Shown here one piece after another: positions 11,693 through 22,544 of a stretch of 64,000 bases of DNA (position 1 is its first letter; the number at the start of each line of letters is the position of its first letter). The DNA lies in the NCBI GenBank assembly GCA_965261345.1, contig OZ253449.1, positions 224,001-288,000 on the forward strand, read 5' to 3'. This DNA is from Chloroflexota bacterium (GTDB taxonomy: Bacteria > Chloroflexota > UBA11872 > VXNJ01). The notes under the pieces were generated by a model that saw only the letters and a program-made list of their open reading frames with translations, searched no databases and was not told where the DNA came from. The position numbers and the translations under genes are program-made.

Positions 11693-12283
11693 ATGAGGCC
11701 CGCTCTCGATCAACCCACGGTCGGAGTCTTCGTCTTCGAAAAATCATGGCGTTTGTGGGATAAAGGCGATCTCGCCCGAAAGTGTTTGACCCTGGCCGCA
11801 TGCGGCGTGAATCGGTTCATGACGGAGACCTGGTTACCCGACCAAACCCTAATTGATACCGTTCACGATTACGGCATGGAATTTTGGACAAGCGTGTCAT
11901 GTTTCTCAGATCACGCAAATCCGCTCCGACCGTCGCGTTCCGAGTTGACGCCAATCACCCCGGCGGGAACCCCACGCGAGCAACAGGAGTGGTACGTCGG
12001 GCTCATTCCTACCGATGACGTCTACAACTCCTTCCTGGTGCGACGCTGTGAACACGTCGCCGCCGCATACAACGTCGACGGATTCGGACTTGACTTTATG
12101 AGATGGCCAATCCACTGGGAACTGGAATTTCGTCCGGGCCGTTCCCCTATCGACAGCTCCTTCGACCGCACATCACTGCAGAAATTTTGCCGGTTCGATC
12201 CTGGGATGCGAGATGATTTGGTTGGTGCGGAGGCAGCAGCGCACATTCTGACGGAGCGGTTGGGGAGTTGGATAGCCTTCAAA
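11693..12283 (+). pseudogene. Glycoside hydrolase-like TIM-barrel protein (GHL10/DUF187-like), 5' half
   Basis: DGFGLDFMRWP motif. Ends WIAFK at the IS21 target duplication and continues in frame at 19243. Confidence 0.65.
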
Positions 12284-12629
12284 TGATCAACGACAACTAT
12301 TCTGTCCGGTTCCCGTTGCCTCACCAAAAAATGTAACCGAAATTTGGGACCGTTTATTTGACTCCGATTGGCGCGATTTCACGTATGATTTCGGCGTTCT
12401 CAACTGTGGGCGGACACGAAAGATCGCCCATTGGCGGCCACGGAATTGCCCGCCCTAACGATCCTGCGGCCACGTAAAACTGCCCAAAAGCGACCACGAA
12501 GGAACCGTTAATCGACCTGATTTCTCGCTGATCTAGTAACCCGCCGGAAACCCTGACGGGCCCCCGGCGGAGGCTGCCCCGGTTTGACTTAGCTGGTTTC
12601 TCAACTCCAGCGGCAACCGGAATCGCCAT

Positions 12630-14120
12630 ATGAAATCTTCGGAGGAAGTAATGCGGATTCTCAAGGTCTACGATCGCACCCTTTCACTTAGGGCCACGGC
12701 CCAAGAATGCGGCTGCTCGCACCACACCGTGGCCAGCTACGTGCAAAAGCGCGCGCTGGGCCAATTGGGAGAACCGGTGCGCCGGCCCCGGTTATCGCTC
12801 ATCGACCCCCACCGCCCCCTTATCGACGACCTGGTGCAACAATCGCGCGGCCGGATAAGGGCCGACAAGTGCCACCAACGACTCATGAAGCTGGGTTACA
12901 CGGGCTCTGAACGCACCACCCGCCGGGCGGTGGCAAAAACCAAGCAGGCCTACAAAAAGCAAAACCGCCGGGTATTTCGGCCCTGGATAACCGAACCGGG
13001 CAAGTGGGCGCAGTGGGACTGGGCCAAGGGGCCGCCGGTAAACAGGGAGGCGAGCAACCTCTTCTGCGTCTGGCTGTCCTGGTCAAGGTACCGGGTGGTA
13101 CTGCCGACCCGGGACCGCCGACTGGAGACCCTGATCGGCTGCCTCGCCGAGGCCCAGTCCTGGTTCGGCGGCGTGCCCTCCAACTGGCTCACCGACAACG
13201 AGAAGACCGTCTCCAAAGAATTCGTGGCCAGCATCGCCGTCAGACACCCGCTGATGGTCAAGTTCGGGCGCTTCCACGGCTGCGCGATCGCCACCTGCCA
13301 GATAGCGGATCCGGCCACGAAGGGCGGTTCCGAGGCGACCGTGAAAATCGCCAAGGCCGATCTTGTCCCCACCGATCACAACCTGTTGCCGGAGTACTCG
13401 TCCTGGAACGAGCTGGCCGACGCCTGCGATGAATTCATGCGGCGCGTTAACACCCGTGAGCACTCGATCACCAAACGCCCCCCGATGGAAATGCTCGCAA
13501 TCGAACGTGATTCCCTGCACCCTCTGCCCAACCGCGTCTTCAGCGTCGCCCTGGGCAAGACCCGCACCGTCTCCGACACCTCCCTGGTGGCCTGGCGATC
13601 GGCCTGGTACTCGGTGCCGCACATCTATAGCGAGGAGATCGTCTGGGTGCGCGAACGCGGCGCTATGGTGATCGTGAGCGCCGAGACCGATCACGGCGTC
13701 ATCGAGGTGGCCCGACACCGGAAGGTCGGCCGCGGGCAGCGGGTAGTTGTCGATAGCCATTATCCGAAGACTCCGTCGGGACCGCTGGCACGCCGGCCAA
13801 GGCCGCGCAACCAGGTAGAGAAGGAGTTCCTGGCCATCGGCCCCGGCGCGGCGGTATGGCTCAGGGCCGCCTGCGCGGCCGGTGCCGCCCGGCTGAAGGA
13901 GAAGCTCGAGGAGATAGTCGAACTCTCGCGCCTTGACGGCTGTGAGGCAATCGATGCCGCCCTGGGGGTGGCGTCGGAGGTGGGGCGCTTCGGCTTCGGC
14001 GACATCGCCTCCATCGCCGCCGCCTCGAGCGGACCGCTGTACCAGGCGTCCGAGGACTCGTTCCTGCAGGACGGCACCGGCCGCTGGCAGGACTTCGGCG
14101 CAACCGGAGGCGACCGATGA
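12630..14120 (+). CDS. istA: IS21 transposase IstA
   Basis: 496 aa with N-terminal HTH and motifs AQWDWA, LTDNEK and TKGGSE. Confidence 0.94.
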   Translation: MKSSEEVMRILKVYDRTLSLRATAQECGCSHHTVASYVQKRALGQLGEPVRRPRLSLIDPHRPLIDDLVQQSRGRIRADKCHQRLMKLGYTGSERTTRRAVAKTKQAYKKQNRRVFRPWITEPGKWAQWDWAKGPPVNREASNLFCVWLSWSRYRVVLPTRDRRLETLIGCLAEAQSWFGGVPSNWLTDNEKTVSKEFVASIAVRHPLMVKFGRFHGCAIATCQIADPATKGGSEATVKIAKADLVPTDHNLLPEYSSWNELADACDEFMRRVNTREHSITKRPPMEMLAIERDSLHPLPNRVFSVALGKTRTVSDTSLVAWRSAWYSVPHIYSEEIVWVRERGAMVIVSAETDHGVIEVARHRKVGRGQRVVVDSHYPKTPSGPLARRPRPRNQVEKEFLAIGPGAAVWLRAACAAGAARLKEKLEEIVELSRLDGCEAIDAALGVASEVGRFGFGDIASIAAASSGPLYQASEDSFLQDGTGRWQDFGATGGDR

Positions 14121-14884
14121 GGCCCCCACAGGTAATCGACGAGGTGGTGGGCCAGCTGCGCACCCTGCGCCTGCCGCACATGCGAAAGGCCGCCCCGGAG
14201 CTGCTTAGGACCGCAAAGTCGCAGCGCTGGGATCCGGCCGAGGCGCTGAAGGCGCTCCTGGACGAGGAGATCGCCGGGAGGGCGGCCTCGTCGCGGGAGC
14301 TGCGCCGCAAGGCGGCCGGGTTTCCCTCAGGGAAGACGCTTGACAGCTGGGACGGCGAGCTCTCCTCGATCCCCGAACCCACCCGGCGATCGCTTATGAC
14401 CCTGGAATGGATAGAACGCAAAGAGAACGTGGTCCTATACGGTCCGTCCGGTACCGGCAAGTCCCATTTCCTGGAGGCTCTCGGCCAACTGGCGGTAGAG
14501 CGCGGCTACCGGGTGTCCTGGTTCGCGCTGGAAGAGCTGGGACAGCTGGTCAAGCGCCACCGGGTCGATGACTCGGTCGGCAGGGCGGTAAGAAAGCTTT
14601 TGAAGGCGGACCTGATCGTCATCGACGACATCGGGCTGCTGCCGGTAGGCCAGGAGACCGCCGAGGCGTTCTTCCGGGTAGTTGACGCCGCCTACGAACG
14701 GCGCTCGGTGGCCGTCTCCTCGAACTTGCATCCATCGGGCTTTGACGAGATCCTGCCCAAATCACTGGCCAATGCGACCGTGGACAGACTACTCCACCAC
14801 GCCCATGCCCACCCGACCTCGGGTGAGAGCATTCGCTTAACCCAGGCGATGGCCGGGCAAGGAGTGGCGCCGCTGACCGGATAA
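14117..14884 (+). CDS. istB: IS21 ATPase IstB
   Basis: Walker A GPSGTGKS and Walker B IVIDDIG. Confidence 0.95.
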   Translation: MRPPQVIDEVVGQLRTLRLPHMRKAAPELLRTAKSQRWDPAEALKALLDEEIAGRAASSRELRRKAAGFPSGKTLDSWDGELSSIPEPTRRSLMTLEWIERKENVVLYGPSGTGKSHFLEALGQLAVERGYRVSWFALEELGQLVKRHRVDDSVGRAVRKLLKADLIVIDDIGLLPVGQETAEAFFRVVDAAYERRSVAVSSNLHPSGFDEILPKSLANATVDRLLHHAHAHPTSGESIRLTQAMAGQGVAPLTG

Positions 14885-17000
14885 CCCTTGCCCGAAGTGA
14901 TGAAATGCTCGTCGCGGTAACGATTGCAGCGGCCCCGTCCAATACCGGATCCGGGCCGCTGCCGTGCATGCGGGCAAATTGGACGGTCTGCGCCACGGCA
15001 GGCCGCCTCAACCTGCCCGCCCGGAAATCGAATGCGGGAAAAGCGCCCCCGCCGCTGCGGGCCGATTGACGCCATGCGGCCCCCAATTCAGTCGATATAG
15101 ACAACATCTGCAAAAAGCATGGCCGCCAGGAGGCCCATACAGCGGTTCTGACGGGCGGTTGTGACCCCGGACCCTTGGCGCAAACCGGTTTGTGGCGGGC
15201 AGCTTTGGCCAAAATCGGGGTAGGAACAACTGACGCCGCCGCCGGAGAGGAGGTGTTCGGATCAGCCTGCGGCAGGGCGTCCAATTAGAGAAATCAGGCC
15301 GGTCGCGGCGCCTTCAACAAACTGCCCACGCATGGGCAGTTTGTTGGCCACCTATGTGCAGAGATACATGTCCGCCGGCGGGCACTTCTCAATGTCCGCG
15401 AACACTCAACCGCACCATCAGCACCGTTTACCACTCCGTATACAAGCTCTTTGGCCATCACCGACCGCCATTGCTTGAGCCTTCGCTGCAACGTCCGCAG
15501 CTGCTTGGGCCCGACGGCGTCGGGGTGATCACGCATGAGCACTTTCAGGATCTGCATGCCGCTGGCGTCGGGATGATCCTGCAGGTAGGTAAGCGCCGCG
15601 GGCCAGACGTGCTCTAGGGGGTCGGGGCAAGTCCGCCACCACCTGCGGCGCTTTCGTTTTGGACGGCGGGTCGGATTTGCATCGCCCTCGCGCCACAGAT
15701 GAGAGAGCTTGGCTAAGGAACTGCGACAGATCATCCTTTTGCACCTTGCTTCTTTCCTCGGGCGATGCCAATGTGGCCAGGGCCGACTGGGCCTGGCGGA
15801 TCTCGCTAAGGAGGAAGAGCGGATCCAGTTTGGAGCGGGATGCGCGCAACCGCTCCTTGACCTTTTCGGCAACGGCGGGGTGATCGAGCAGGCGCTGGCA
15901 GGGAGTTAGCGGACGGTCGTAGCGCTTTTGGGTTCTGGCTCCATAGCGCTGCTTGGAGATCAGTTTGAAAGACGGTTGGAAGAAATTGGTGTAGAGACCG
16001 ACTAAGGCAAAGAGTCGGGCCAGGGTCTGTCCGGCGATGAAGCCGGCAAAGCGTTCGTAACCGGCGAAGCGGCGTATTACGGCGCCGTTCTTCTGTTCGA
16101 TGTAGGCCTGATCGTTGGAGCGGTAGGCGCGTGAGCGGGTGAACTCGATTTCACGCTGCTGGCAGTAGTCAATCAGGGTCTGGGAGATAAAGGCGCTGTC
16201 GTTGTCAGTATCGATTCCAAGTATTGGCACCGGTACCCGCCCGGCTATCACCTCAAGCGCCTCGGTCACCAGCGTCTGCTCGCGGGCCAGCAGTGGAACC
16301 GCCTCCACCCAGCCCGAGGAAACATCGGTAACCGACAGGGACTGGATGAAGCTCCCGGCCATGTTGCCACCACAGTGGGCCACCAGATCTATTTCCAGGT
16401 AGCCGGGGTCGGGGCCATGCCAATCGGCAAACGTCCGGATCGGGACCTTGGCGTGATGACGGTTGCGGCGGCGGGGGTGACGCCGTCGACTGCTGCCGGC
16501 GGTCTTGCGGACTGGTTTGAGGAGGCGATCGATCGATGCCGGGCTGATCGCGAAGAGCTTGCTTTTAAGGTCCAGATCAAGCTGCAGGTGGCCATGCCCT
16601 TCCAGCGATTCGATCAGGCTGGGCAATATCGCTTGCAACCGTTTGCCGCAGATCCGATCGGCCGCTTCCCAGAGGATGATCAAAGACTCCCTGACGGCCT
16701 CGTCGTAGATGCGGTATGAGGACTTGGTGGGCGGTGCCGGAGCAGGGCTTGCAGCATTGCCCAGCAATCGGGTTGCGTATTTGCGGTTGTGGCCAGATAG
16801 AGCCACGAACTCGTTAAGGATTCCGCCCTTGTCGATCTTGGACGCCCTCGCATAGCGGCCCCTTAAGGCCGCTAGCAGCTCCTTCCGCACCGCCCGGCTC
16901 AGCTTCTTTCCTCGCATCGGTTGCCTCCCTGTGGATTTGGGTTACAAATCTAGTGAGGCAACGGCCCTGTTTGGGTTACAAAAACAGTGAGTCAATGCGC

Positions 17001-18428
17001 ACCGCCGCGGCGGTGGCGGGAATGAGCGAACGCAGCGGCCGCCGCTGGCGCAAAGGCGAGCTACCGTCGGATAAGAAAAAGCACCGGCGCCGCTGGCGCA
17101 CCCGTCCAGATCCCTTCAAGGGAGTCTGGGAAGAGCAAATCGAACCGCTGCTGAGAGTCGACAAGGATGCCGTGCTCTCGGCCAACACCATCCTGGAGTG
17201 GCTTGACCGCCAAGACCCGGGAAGGTTTGCTGCATCGCAGCTTAGGACCCTGCAACGCCGGATGCGCGACTGGCGGGCCTTAAACGGTCCCGACAAAGAG
17301 GTCTACTTCCCTTAAGGTTCCCCCGGGAAGGGAAGCGCAGCTGGACTTTACCAACGCCGGCAAGCTGGCGGTCACCATTACCGGCCAGGACTTCCCCCAT
17401 CTCCTGCTGAAAGTTCGTACTCTCCTTCTCTGGCTGGCGCTACGTTGAGATCGCTGATAGTGAGACCTTCTTAGCGCTAAAGCAGGGACTGCAGGGAGCG
17501 CTCTGGGAATTGGGCGGCTGCCCGCAGATCATCCGCTCCGACAACCTCTCGGCCGCCACCTACGAACTGCGAACTAGCGGCGGCAGGGACCTGAACCGGT
17601 CCTACCGTCAGTTGCTAGATCACTACGGACTGGGATCGACCCGCACCAATCGGGCAGCAGCGCACGAGAACGGGGTGGTCGAGCAGGCCCACCGCCGCAT
17701 CAAGGACGCCATTGCCCAGGAACTGATCCTGCGCGGCAGCTGCGACTTTACATCGCGCGAGGACTACTACGAATTTGTCAGGGAGGTTGTCGCGCGCAAG
17801 AACCGGCTGGCGGAGCCGAAGTCAGAGATTGAGCGCCCGCACCTCCGACCACTGCCGGCGGCGGCGATTCCCGATTACGTAAATTACCAGGCTCAGGTGC
17901 GCAAATGGAGCACGATCCGAGTGTTAAGCCGCACCTACACGGTACCACCGCGCCTGATCGGACAGAAGGTGGAGGTCCGTCTCTACGCCGACCACCTGGA
18001 CGTGTACTACAAGAGCCGATTGGTCGAGCGCCTAGAGCGCGCCACCGGTCCCCAAAGGGCCCGCGTCAATTACCGCCACGTGATCGGATCGCTGGTGCTT
18101 GGAGCCGGGCGCCTTTACCCGCTACCGCTGATGCGAACAGCTTTTTCCCACCCCTACCTTCCGCCGCGCCTACGATGCGCTACAGGGGTGGCGCAGCCGG
18201 CACTCGGCCGACGTCAACTACCTGCGCATCCTGCAATTGGCGGCCACTACCATGGAGGCCGATGTCGATAAGGCCCTGTCCAAACTCTTGGACCAGGGGA
18301 AGCGCTTTGACTGTCAGGACGTGCGTGATCTGGTCGCGCCGCGCTCGCCGTCGATACCCGAGCTAGCATCCTTGGCCACACCCGACCTGGCTGTCTACGA
18401 TCGCCTGCTCTTGCGGGTGAACCGATGA
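17001..18428 (+). pseudogene. istA: IstA, 5'-deleted and frameshifted
   Basis: Fragments in several frames are homologous to 9195-10685. The first ~20 codons are missing at the ISNCY junction. Confidence 0.9.
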
Positions 18429-19183
18429 CCGCGCCGTCAGTTGTCGCCAAACAAATGCAGCTAATGTGCAAGGATCTGCGGCTGCCCACGATCGGGACCG
18501 AGGCGGTAGAGCGCTTCGTTGACGCCGGACATGTTGATGCGCTGCCCACCCTGCTCGAAGTCTTCCGGCAGGAAATGGACGATCGGCGCCAGCGAAGGGT
18601 GGATAGGCTGCGCAAGTCCTCGCGCCTCCCGCCGGGGAAGACCTGGGATAACTTCGAGCAGCAGAAACTGCCGCCGCCGCTCAGGGCCCAACTGCAGGAC
18701 CTGCTTGAGGGCCAGTTCTTAGATCGTGCCGTCAACGTCCTGGCCTTTGGTCTGCCCGGCACCGCCAAGACCCATGCTCTGTGCGCGATCGGACACAAGC
18801 TGGTCGAATCTGGTAGATCGGTGCTGTTTGCTCCGGCCTATCGGTTGGTGCAGGAACTATTGGCGGCCAAGCGCGACCTGGATCTGCCCCGACTCTTGCG
18901 CAAGCTCGACTACATCGACTTGATCATCATCGATGACCTGGGTTACCTGCCGCAGGGGACCGATGAGGCCGAGGTGCTCTTTACCCTGATCGCCGAGCGC
19001 TATGAGCGGCGCTCGATCGGGATCTCATCAAACCTGGTCTTCTCCGAATGGGGCAAGATCTTTCCCAATCCGATGGCCACCGCGGCGGCGGCGGACCGAA
19101 TCGTCCATCACGCCGTAGTACTTGAATTTGACGTGCCCAGTTACCGGACCGGGCTTGAAAAGGAGGAGTTAAAGTCGGATTGA
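18425..19183 (+). CDS. istB: IS21 ATPase IstB with Walker A variant GTAKT
   Basis: Close paralog of 10682-11455. Confidence 0.92.
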   Translation: MTAPSVVAKQMQLMCKDLRLPTIGTEAVERFVDAGHVDALPTLLEVFRQEMDDRRQRRVDRLRKSSRLPPGKTWDNFEQQKLPPPLRAQLQDLLEGQFLDRAVNVLAFGLPGTAKTHALCAIGHKLVESGRSVLFAPAYRLVQELLAAKRDLDLPRLLRKLDYIDLIIIDDLGYLPQGTDEAEVLFTLIAERYERRSIGISSNLVFSEWGKIFPNPMATAAAADRIVHHAVVLEFDVPSYRTGLEKEELKSD

Positions 19184-19242
19184 AACCGGCCAAAATAATT
19201 GACGCACACCCGGCCAGAGTAATAGGCGTTCTTCACTTCAAA

Positions 19243-19719
19243 TCCCATGCCATTTCAACACTCACTGTCCGGTTGCAAAAGGCCATTAGCGCGAAAAGGC
19301 CGCAGGTCAGAACGGGAGTCTTCGTAGTCCCGGGGAATGACTTGGAGCGCAAGCGATTCGCGGGACAAGATGTCTGCGCGCTGGGCGCGATCGTCGACGA
19401 ACTGTTTCCAATGACGTATCACCGAATCGTTGAGCAAGACCTCCACTGGATCGGAGACACGGTGCGCGTTATCCGCTCAAAGACGGCGGCGCGGGTTACA
19501 CCGGTGATACAAATTAGCGCCGACGCGGCGTTTGCCGGCGGGGCCGACTGGGGCGCATCGATGAACCCCGACGATGCTTACGCGGCCCTTGAAGCCGGAA
19601 TTTCCGGCAGTGGTGGTGGCATCATCGTATTCCCTGGCGAGGCGCTGCTACTGGGTCCTAATGGTGACGCTTTGCAGGCCGTTGTGCGCCGGGTAAGAGC
19701 CAATTCAACCGTGGGTTGA
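19243..19719 (+). pseudogene. Glycoside hydrolase-like protein, 3' half
   Basis: Reads FK|SHAISTLTVRL...VDELFPMTYH, in frame with 11693-12283 across the target duplication. Confidence 0.65.
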
Positions 19720-20098
19720 ATTGGCGCAACTGGAAATCTAAGCGGTGCACCCGATTTTTAATCGGTCGACGACCGCTCATTTGTAGCTGGCCAGCTAAAG
19801 AGCTGGCAGGGTGGGTGGGATTCCAAGTTGACCACCGGCAAAACGGGGTTCTTGGTCATCAGTCGTATCGCCCGCAAGAACCTGAAGGAGCACTGGGGCA
19901 ACCATCTGGAAGCGGGCAAGCGGGCGCGCCATACGATGAAGCTGGCGAAGGTTTTCGGCCACCGCGATCGGAGAAGGATTTCGGCGCCGATTAGCAGAAC
20001 CCGTTTGGCGCAAAGTCTTGCGCTTGCCATTTCTTGGCTAACGCTCAACCGCACAGTCGAGTTCGCCCATGCCCCACCTTGGCCTCAGAACTCTGCAA

Positions 20099-20893
20099 TC
20101 AGAGCAGGGCCGCAACCGCCAGGGTTTTCCATACGCCCTGCTGCTGGCTAACCAGCAGCGCCATTTTGCAAGGTTTTTGTTCCCGGGCAATTGACAGCGC
20201 AATTAGCACGCCAGTTTCGCCCGCTGCGATCACTTCAACGCTGAACCGTTTCGGCGACGGCAAGTTAATCCAATGACCGAATTTTGCTCGCAGCTCGCCG
20301 GGATTAGCGGGCACCTCTACCAGCCCAGGTCCGGATACGATCGCGACCGGGAAATGAAAGCACGCCAGCCAATCCTCGACCCTGCCGGAGTTCATTGCCG
20401 CCATGGCCGATTCGACGGACGATGTGGCAGCTACCACGTTAGCGCTCCGACCCTTGCCCTCGACCAGACTGTCCAGGCCGAATCGAGCTTGGATGCCCCA
20501 GCCGCTTGCAAACTGGGTGCACGTGTAAAGCACCCGGTTGGAGATGATCGCCGTGTCATCGGCGCGCAGACGAGTCCAACCGCCGGCCAATAACACCTGG
20601 TCATCGGCCTCGAAAACGCGGCGTGGATCATCGCCTTGAGTGCGGACCCAACCGGTTGCCTCAAATCGCTCCCAACCCATCAGATCGGCGGTCGCGGCAT
20701 AGTCCTTCAGAGTCGGATAGAGGCGTGCAACCGTCTGCTGGCTAAAAAAGCGGCTGTTTTGGGCTGCAGCGCCGCCGGCCGAGACTCGCACGTGTGGATA
20801 TGACATCACGCCAGCCCAGCCGTCGGTATCCTTGGCGTTGAACCGGTCGAAGAAGTCCCAATAAGCAGATTCGGGAGATTCATGATGACCCAT
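20099..20893 (-). CDS. Hypothetical protein, possibly tandem NTF2/SnoaL-like domains
   Basis: Two similar halves (FFDRFNAKD..WAGVMSYP and MAAMNSGRVEDWLACFHFP); GGAGG lies before ATG 20893. Confidence 0.6.
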   Translation of the reverse strand: MGHHESPESAYWDFFDRFNAKDTDGWAGVMSYPHVRVSAGGAAAQNSRFFSQQTVARLYPTLKDYAATADLMGWERFEATGWVRTQGDDPRRVFEADDQVLLAGGWTRLRADDTAIISNRVLYTCTQFASGWGIQARFGLDSLVEGKGRSANVVAATSSVESAMAAMNSGRVEDWLACFHFPVAIVSGPGLVEVPANPGELRAKFGHWINLPSPKRFSVEVIAAGETGVLIALSIAREQKPCKMALLVSQQQGVWKTLAVAALL

Positions 20894-21001
20894 GCTCAAT
20901 CCTCCCGGCAACATCGCCGAGGTAGCTGCGCCGAGTTGGGAAAGTGCTCCAGGATTTCCATCCAGACGGTCAGCAAATCTCGGGGGTTCGCGATTTTTTG
21001 T

Positions 21002-21223
21002 TCACCCAAGCCAACGGTGGCCGCTATTTCTTCGCGATCGATGGATCCAATATAAATCCAGGGCAACGATGGCCGCAGATATTACCCACATTAAGGTTCC
21101 AAGTTGCGGGTCCACCTGCAGCCCCAAGAACAATCCAACGTAAAAGACCACGATCGCCAGCAGGAATAGCAATATTTGACCGATGATCCTGGCCCACTGG
21201 GCAAATGGCCGAGTCCCCTTCAT
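21002..21223 (-). CDS. Small two-helix membrane protein
   Basis: Two hydrophobic helices, AAGGA upstream, co-oriented with its neighbours. Confidence 0.55.
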   Translation of the reverse strand: MKGTRPFAQWARIIGQILLFLLAIVVFYVGLFLGLQVDPQLGTLMWVISAAIVALDLYWIHRSRRNSGHRWLG

Positions 21224-21323
21224 ATCCAATCCTTGTAGTTCGATGTTTTCTCAATCGCCTGGGGGCAAGCGAAACGCGTAGTTGACCCGCCCCAAGTCCG
21301 GGCGGGAACAAGCTTTAGCGACT

Positions 21324-22082
21324 TTACAAGGCCACATAACCGCCGTCGACCACCATGGGGTGTCCGGTAACGAACGAGGCTGCTTCGGATGAGAGCCACA
21401 CGACCGCCGCGGCCACCTCGTGGGGTTCGCCAAGACGCCCAATCGGTTCCTTGGCAATCATGCGCTCGAGTCTTTCAGGGTCAACCCAACGGTGTCGGGT
21501 CATTGATGTTTTCACATATCCGGGACAGACGCAATTGACCCGAATGCCATCCGCGGCGTACTCGATCGCAGCCGTCTTGGTCAGCCCGACAACCCCGTGT
21601 TTGGAGGCCGTGTACGCAGACAGGCCGTGCACACCAACCAGGCCGCCGCCGGACGCCATGTTGACAATTGAGCCGGAACCTTGGGCCAGCATCTGTCGAA
21701 TCTGGCGCCTCATGCAAAGCCACACGCCCTTTAGGTTCACGTTCATAACAAAGTCGTAGTCAGCCTCCGGTGTCTCGTGAGTCCGAACCCCACCGGAGTT
21801 GGATACACCAGCGTTATTTACGGCGCAGTCCAGACGCCCAAACAGGTCCACCGTCTCATTTATGAGGGCGTCCACGCTGTGGGTGTCTGTTACGTCGGAA
21901 CATAGGAATGCGCCGCTGCCGATTTTGCGGATGCGATTCGCGGTCTCGTTGCCGCCCTCGCTATCGATGTCGGAGACGACTACGGCGGCTCCTTCCCTTG
22001 CCATTGCCAATGCAGTGGCCCTGCCGATACCTGAAGCGCCACCTGTTACGAGGGCAACCTTGTCAGTTAGTAGGCCGCTCAC
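21324..22082 (-). CDS. SDR oxidoreductase
   Basis: TGGASGIG, NNAG and YTASK. Confidence 0.93.
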   Translation of the reverse strand: MSGLLTDKVALVTGGASGIGRATALAMAREGAAVVVSDIDSEGGNETANRIRKIGSGAFLCSDVTDTHSVDALINETVDLFGRLDCAVNNAGVSNSGGVRTHETPEADYDFVMNVNLKGVWLCMRRQIRQMLAQGSGSIVNMASGGGLVGVHGLSAYTASKHGVVGLTKTAAIEYAADGIRVNCVCPGYVKTSMTRHRWVDPERLERMIAKEPIGRLGEPHEVAAAVVWLSSEAASFVTGHPMVVDGGYVAL

Positions 22083-22544
22083 CGATCACCTTCGAACTTC
22101 TGACGTTCAACAATAGTTCGACCGGGAGAATGCGCCCCCGGTTAACCCGTTGGCTTGCCAATCCAGCCGGTCAATTCGATCCTAGGGCTAGCCGTACCCG
22201 CTTGGCCGGCCGCTAGCGCCCAAACCCTACCCTATCGCCATTTTCATGGAATCTGGCCCCCGTGGAAATCGCGGCGCAGCAATTTACCAACTACTGCGAC
22301 GCAATTACGAGCCTTGGTGCGTGAATGCCGGCGGGTCGTTGCCCATTTGATTTTTCAACACGTTCAACTTCCCCATAGTCGCGATCTCCAAGCGCGGCCT
22401 CAACAACGGATCTTCCTCTTTCCCAGGGATTGATTGCTCAAAATCTGTTCGCTTTTATGTACACCCCTGAGATGGTGGCGGTGCCCGCGACTTTAGGGAA
22501 ATTGAGCAAATGCCGGGATGGTCAGCCACCGCTCCAGGTGGTGA

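Larger units (their letters stand above)
12405..15404 (+). mobile_element. IS21-family element, intact, 3000 bp
   Basis: Ends TGTGGGCGGACA / rc TGTTCGCGGACA. Target duplication CTCAAC at 12399-12404 and 15405-15410. The empty site is visible in the paralog near 32134. Confidence 0.96.
12354..16917 (-). pseudogene. ISNCY-like integrase-core (rve/DDE) transposase, frameshifted and split by IS21
   Basis: Highly similar to 32089-33645. Frameshift near 15710; the final residues ENAEIIREIAPIGVK* lie left of the IS21 insertion. Confidence 0.88.
12310..17000 (-). mobile_element. ISNCY-like element, copy 1 (interrupted by IS21; ends uncertain by about 4 bp)
   Basis: Colinear with 32045-33728 once 12405-15410 is removed. 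Subterminal inverted repeats GTTGCCTCAC-N6/7-TGTAACC. Confidence 0.88.
12284..19235 (+). mobile_element. IS21-family element carrying nested ISNCY-like and IS21 elements
   Basis: 26-bp IRs TGATCAACGACAACTATTCTGTCCGG / rc TGAAGAACGCCTATTACTCTGGCCGG. 7-bp target duplication CTTCAAA at 12277-12283 and 19236-19242. Confidence 0.92.

Noticed and set aside
9099-19235. IstA/IstB clusters as a CAST or Tn7-like system
   Set aside because: No Cas, TniQ or repeat array; each element has ordinary IS21 ends and target duplications.
19760-20060. Possible decayed gene fragment (TGFLVISRIARKNLKEHWGNHLE)
   Set aside because: It looks coding-like, but I cannot assign a family or boundaries without a search.
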